A DNA stretch of 64,000 nt from Thermoanaerobaculia bacterium (lineage in GTDB: Bacteria > Acidobacteriota > Thermoanaerobaculia > Multivoradales > Multivoraceae), in contig OY762911.1 of assembly GCA_963666565.1 (NCBI GenBank), positions 640,001-704,000 on the forward strand, read 5' to 3'. Positions 63,690-64,000 of this stretch are shown one piece after another. The notes under the pieces are model-generated. The model was not told the DNA's origin and did not search any database. It saw only the letters and a list, made by a program, of their open reading frames with translations. Within the stretch, counting starts at the first letter, position 1, and the number at the start of each line of letters is the position of its first letter. The position numbers were made by a program, and so were the translations under genes.

Positions 63690-64000
63690 TCAGGGCCGCC
63701 TTCCCGGCTCGAACGGATTCTCCGGCACCAGGTTCGAGGACGCGGCGGCCGGGCAGGTGACCTGGAACTCGGCCCACAGACCTGCCGCCGGAAGCCCGGG
63801 CGCGATCTCCGTTCCCGTCGTCGGTTGAGTGACGGTCACCCGGACCGTCTGGGCCGTGTTTCGATCCGGCACGTTCGCCGACGCGCAGCGGGTGTCGTCG
63901 GCATCGACGTTGACCGTCCAGGCGAAGCCGAGGTCCGCCGCGCCCGGGCACCCGGTCGGCGCGACGCTTGTCGCCTGGAGCGCGACGTTGCCGGGCGTAT
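63690..64000 (-). CDS. 3' end of a probable secreted beta-rich protein entering from the right edge
   Basis: Frame open from 63998 (TPGNVALQATSVAPTGCPG...) to the TGA at 63690. Confidence 0.55.
   Translation of the reverse strand, partial: TPGNVALQATSVAPTGCPGAADLGFAWTVNVDADDTRCASANVPDRNTAQTVRVTVTQPTTGTEIAPGLPAAGLWAEFQVTCPAAASSNLVPENPFEPGRRP

Overview
High-GC (roughly 70% by eye) bacterial chromosome segment. Gene content and a recurrent secreted-protein domain suggest Acidobacteriota, probably Thermoanaerobaculia and possibly a marine-sponge symbiont (inference). Housekeeping content: ccm cytochrome c maturation cluster with no ccmC, ECF sigma/anti-sigma module, aroK, thiE, accBC, relA/spoT, secDF-yajC-tgt-lolA, trmB, manC, holB, tmk, moeA, tRNA-Sec, tRNA-Ala, hydA plus a nitrilase-family enzyme, a sigma54 two-component pair, prfA-prmC, a lytic transglycosylase and rsmI. 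Main points of interest: (1) three co-oriented enzyme genes (AsnB-like ligase without Cys1, RaSEA/TIGR01210-like radical SAM, flavin halogenase-like), split by an islet carrying an ISL3-disrupted secreted-protein gene and an IS5/ISNCY-like element, with an iodotyrosine-deiodinase homolog nearby. (2) A ~175-200 bp long-stem hairpin family whose stems change while the loop is conserved; two copies lie next to tRNA 3' ends. (3) About 30 copies of a 24-bp REP palindrome that forms 137-138 bp REPINs and enters coding sequence. (4) A lipoprotein with a 142-aa Asp/Glu/Gly tail next to a 2OG-Fe(II) oxygenase. (5) Three genes that appear to start at CTG in CTGA stop/start overlaps.
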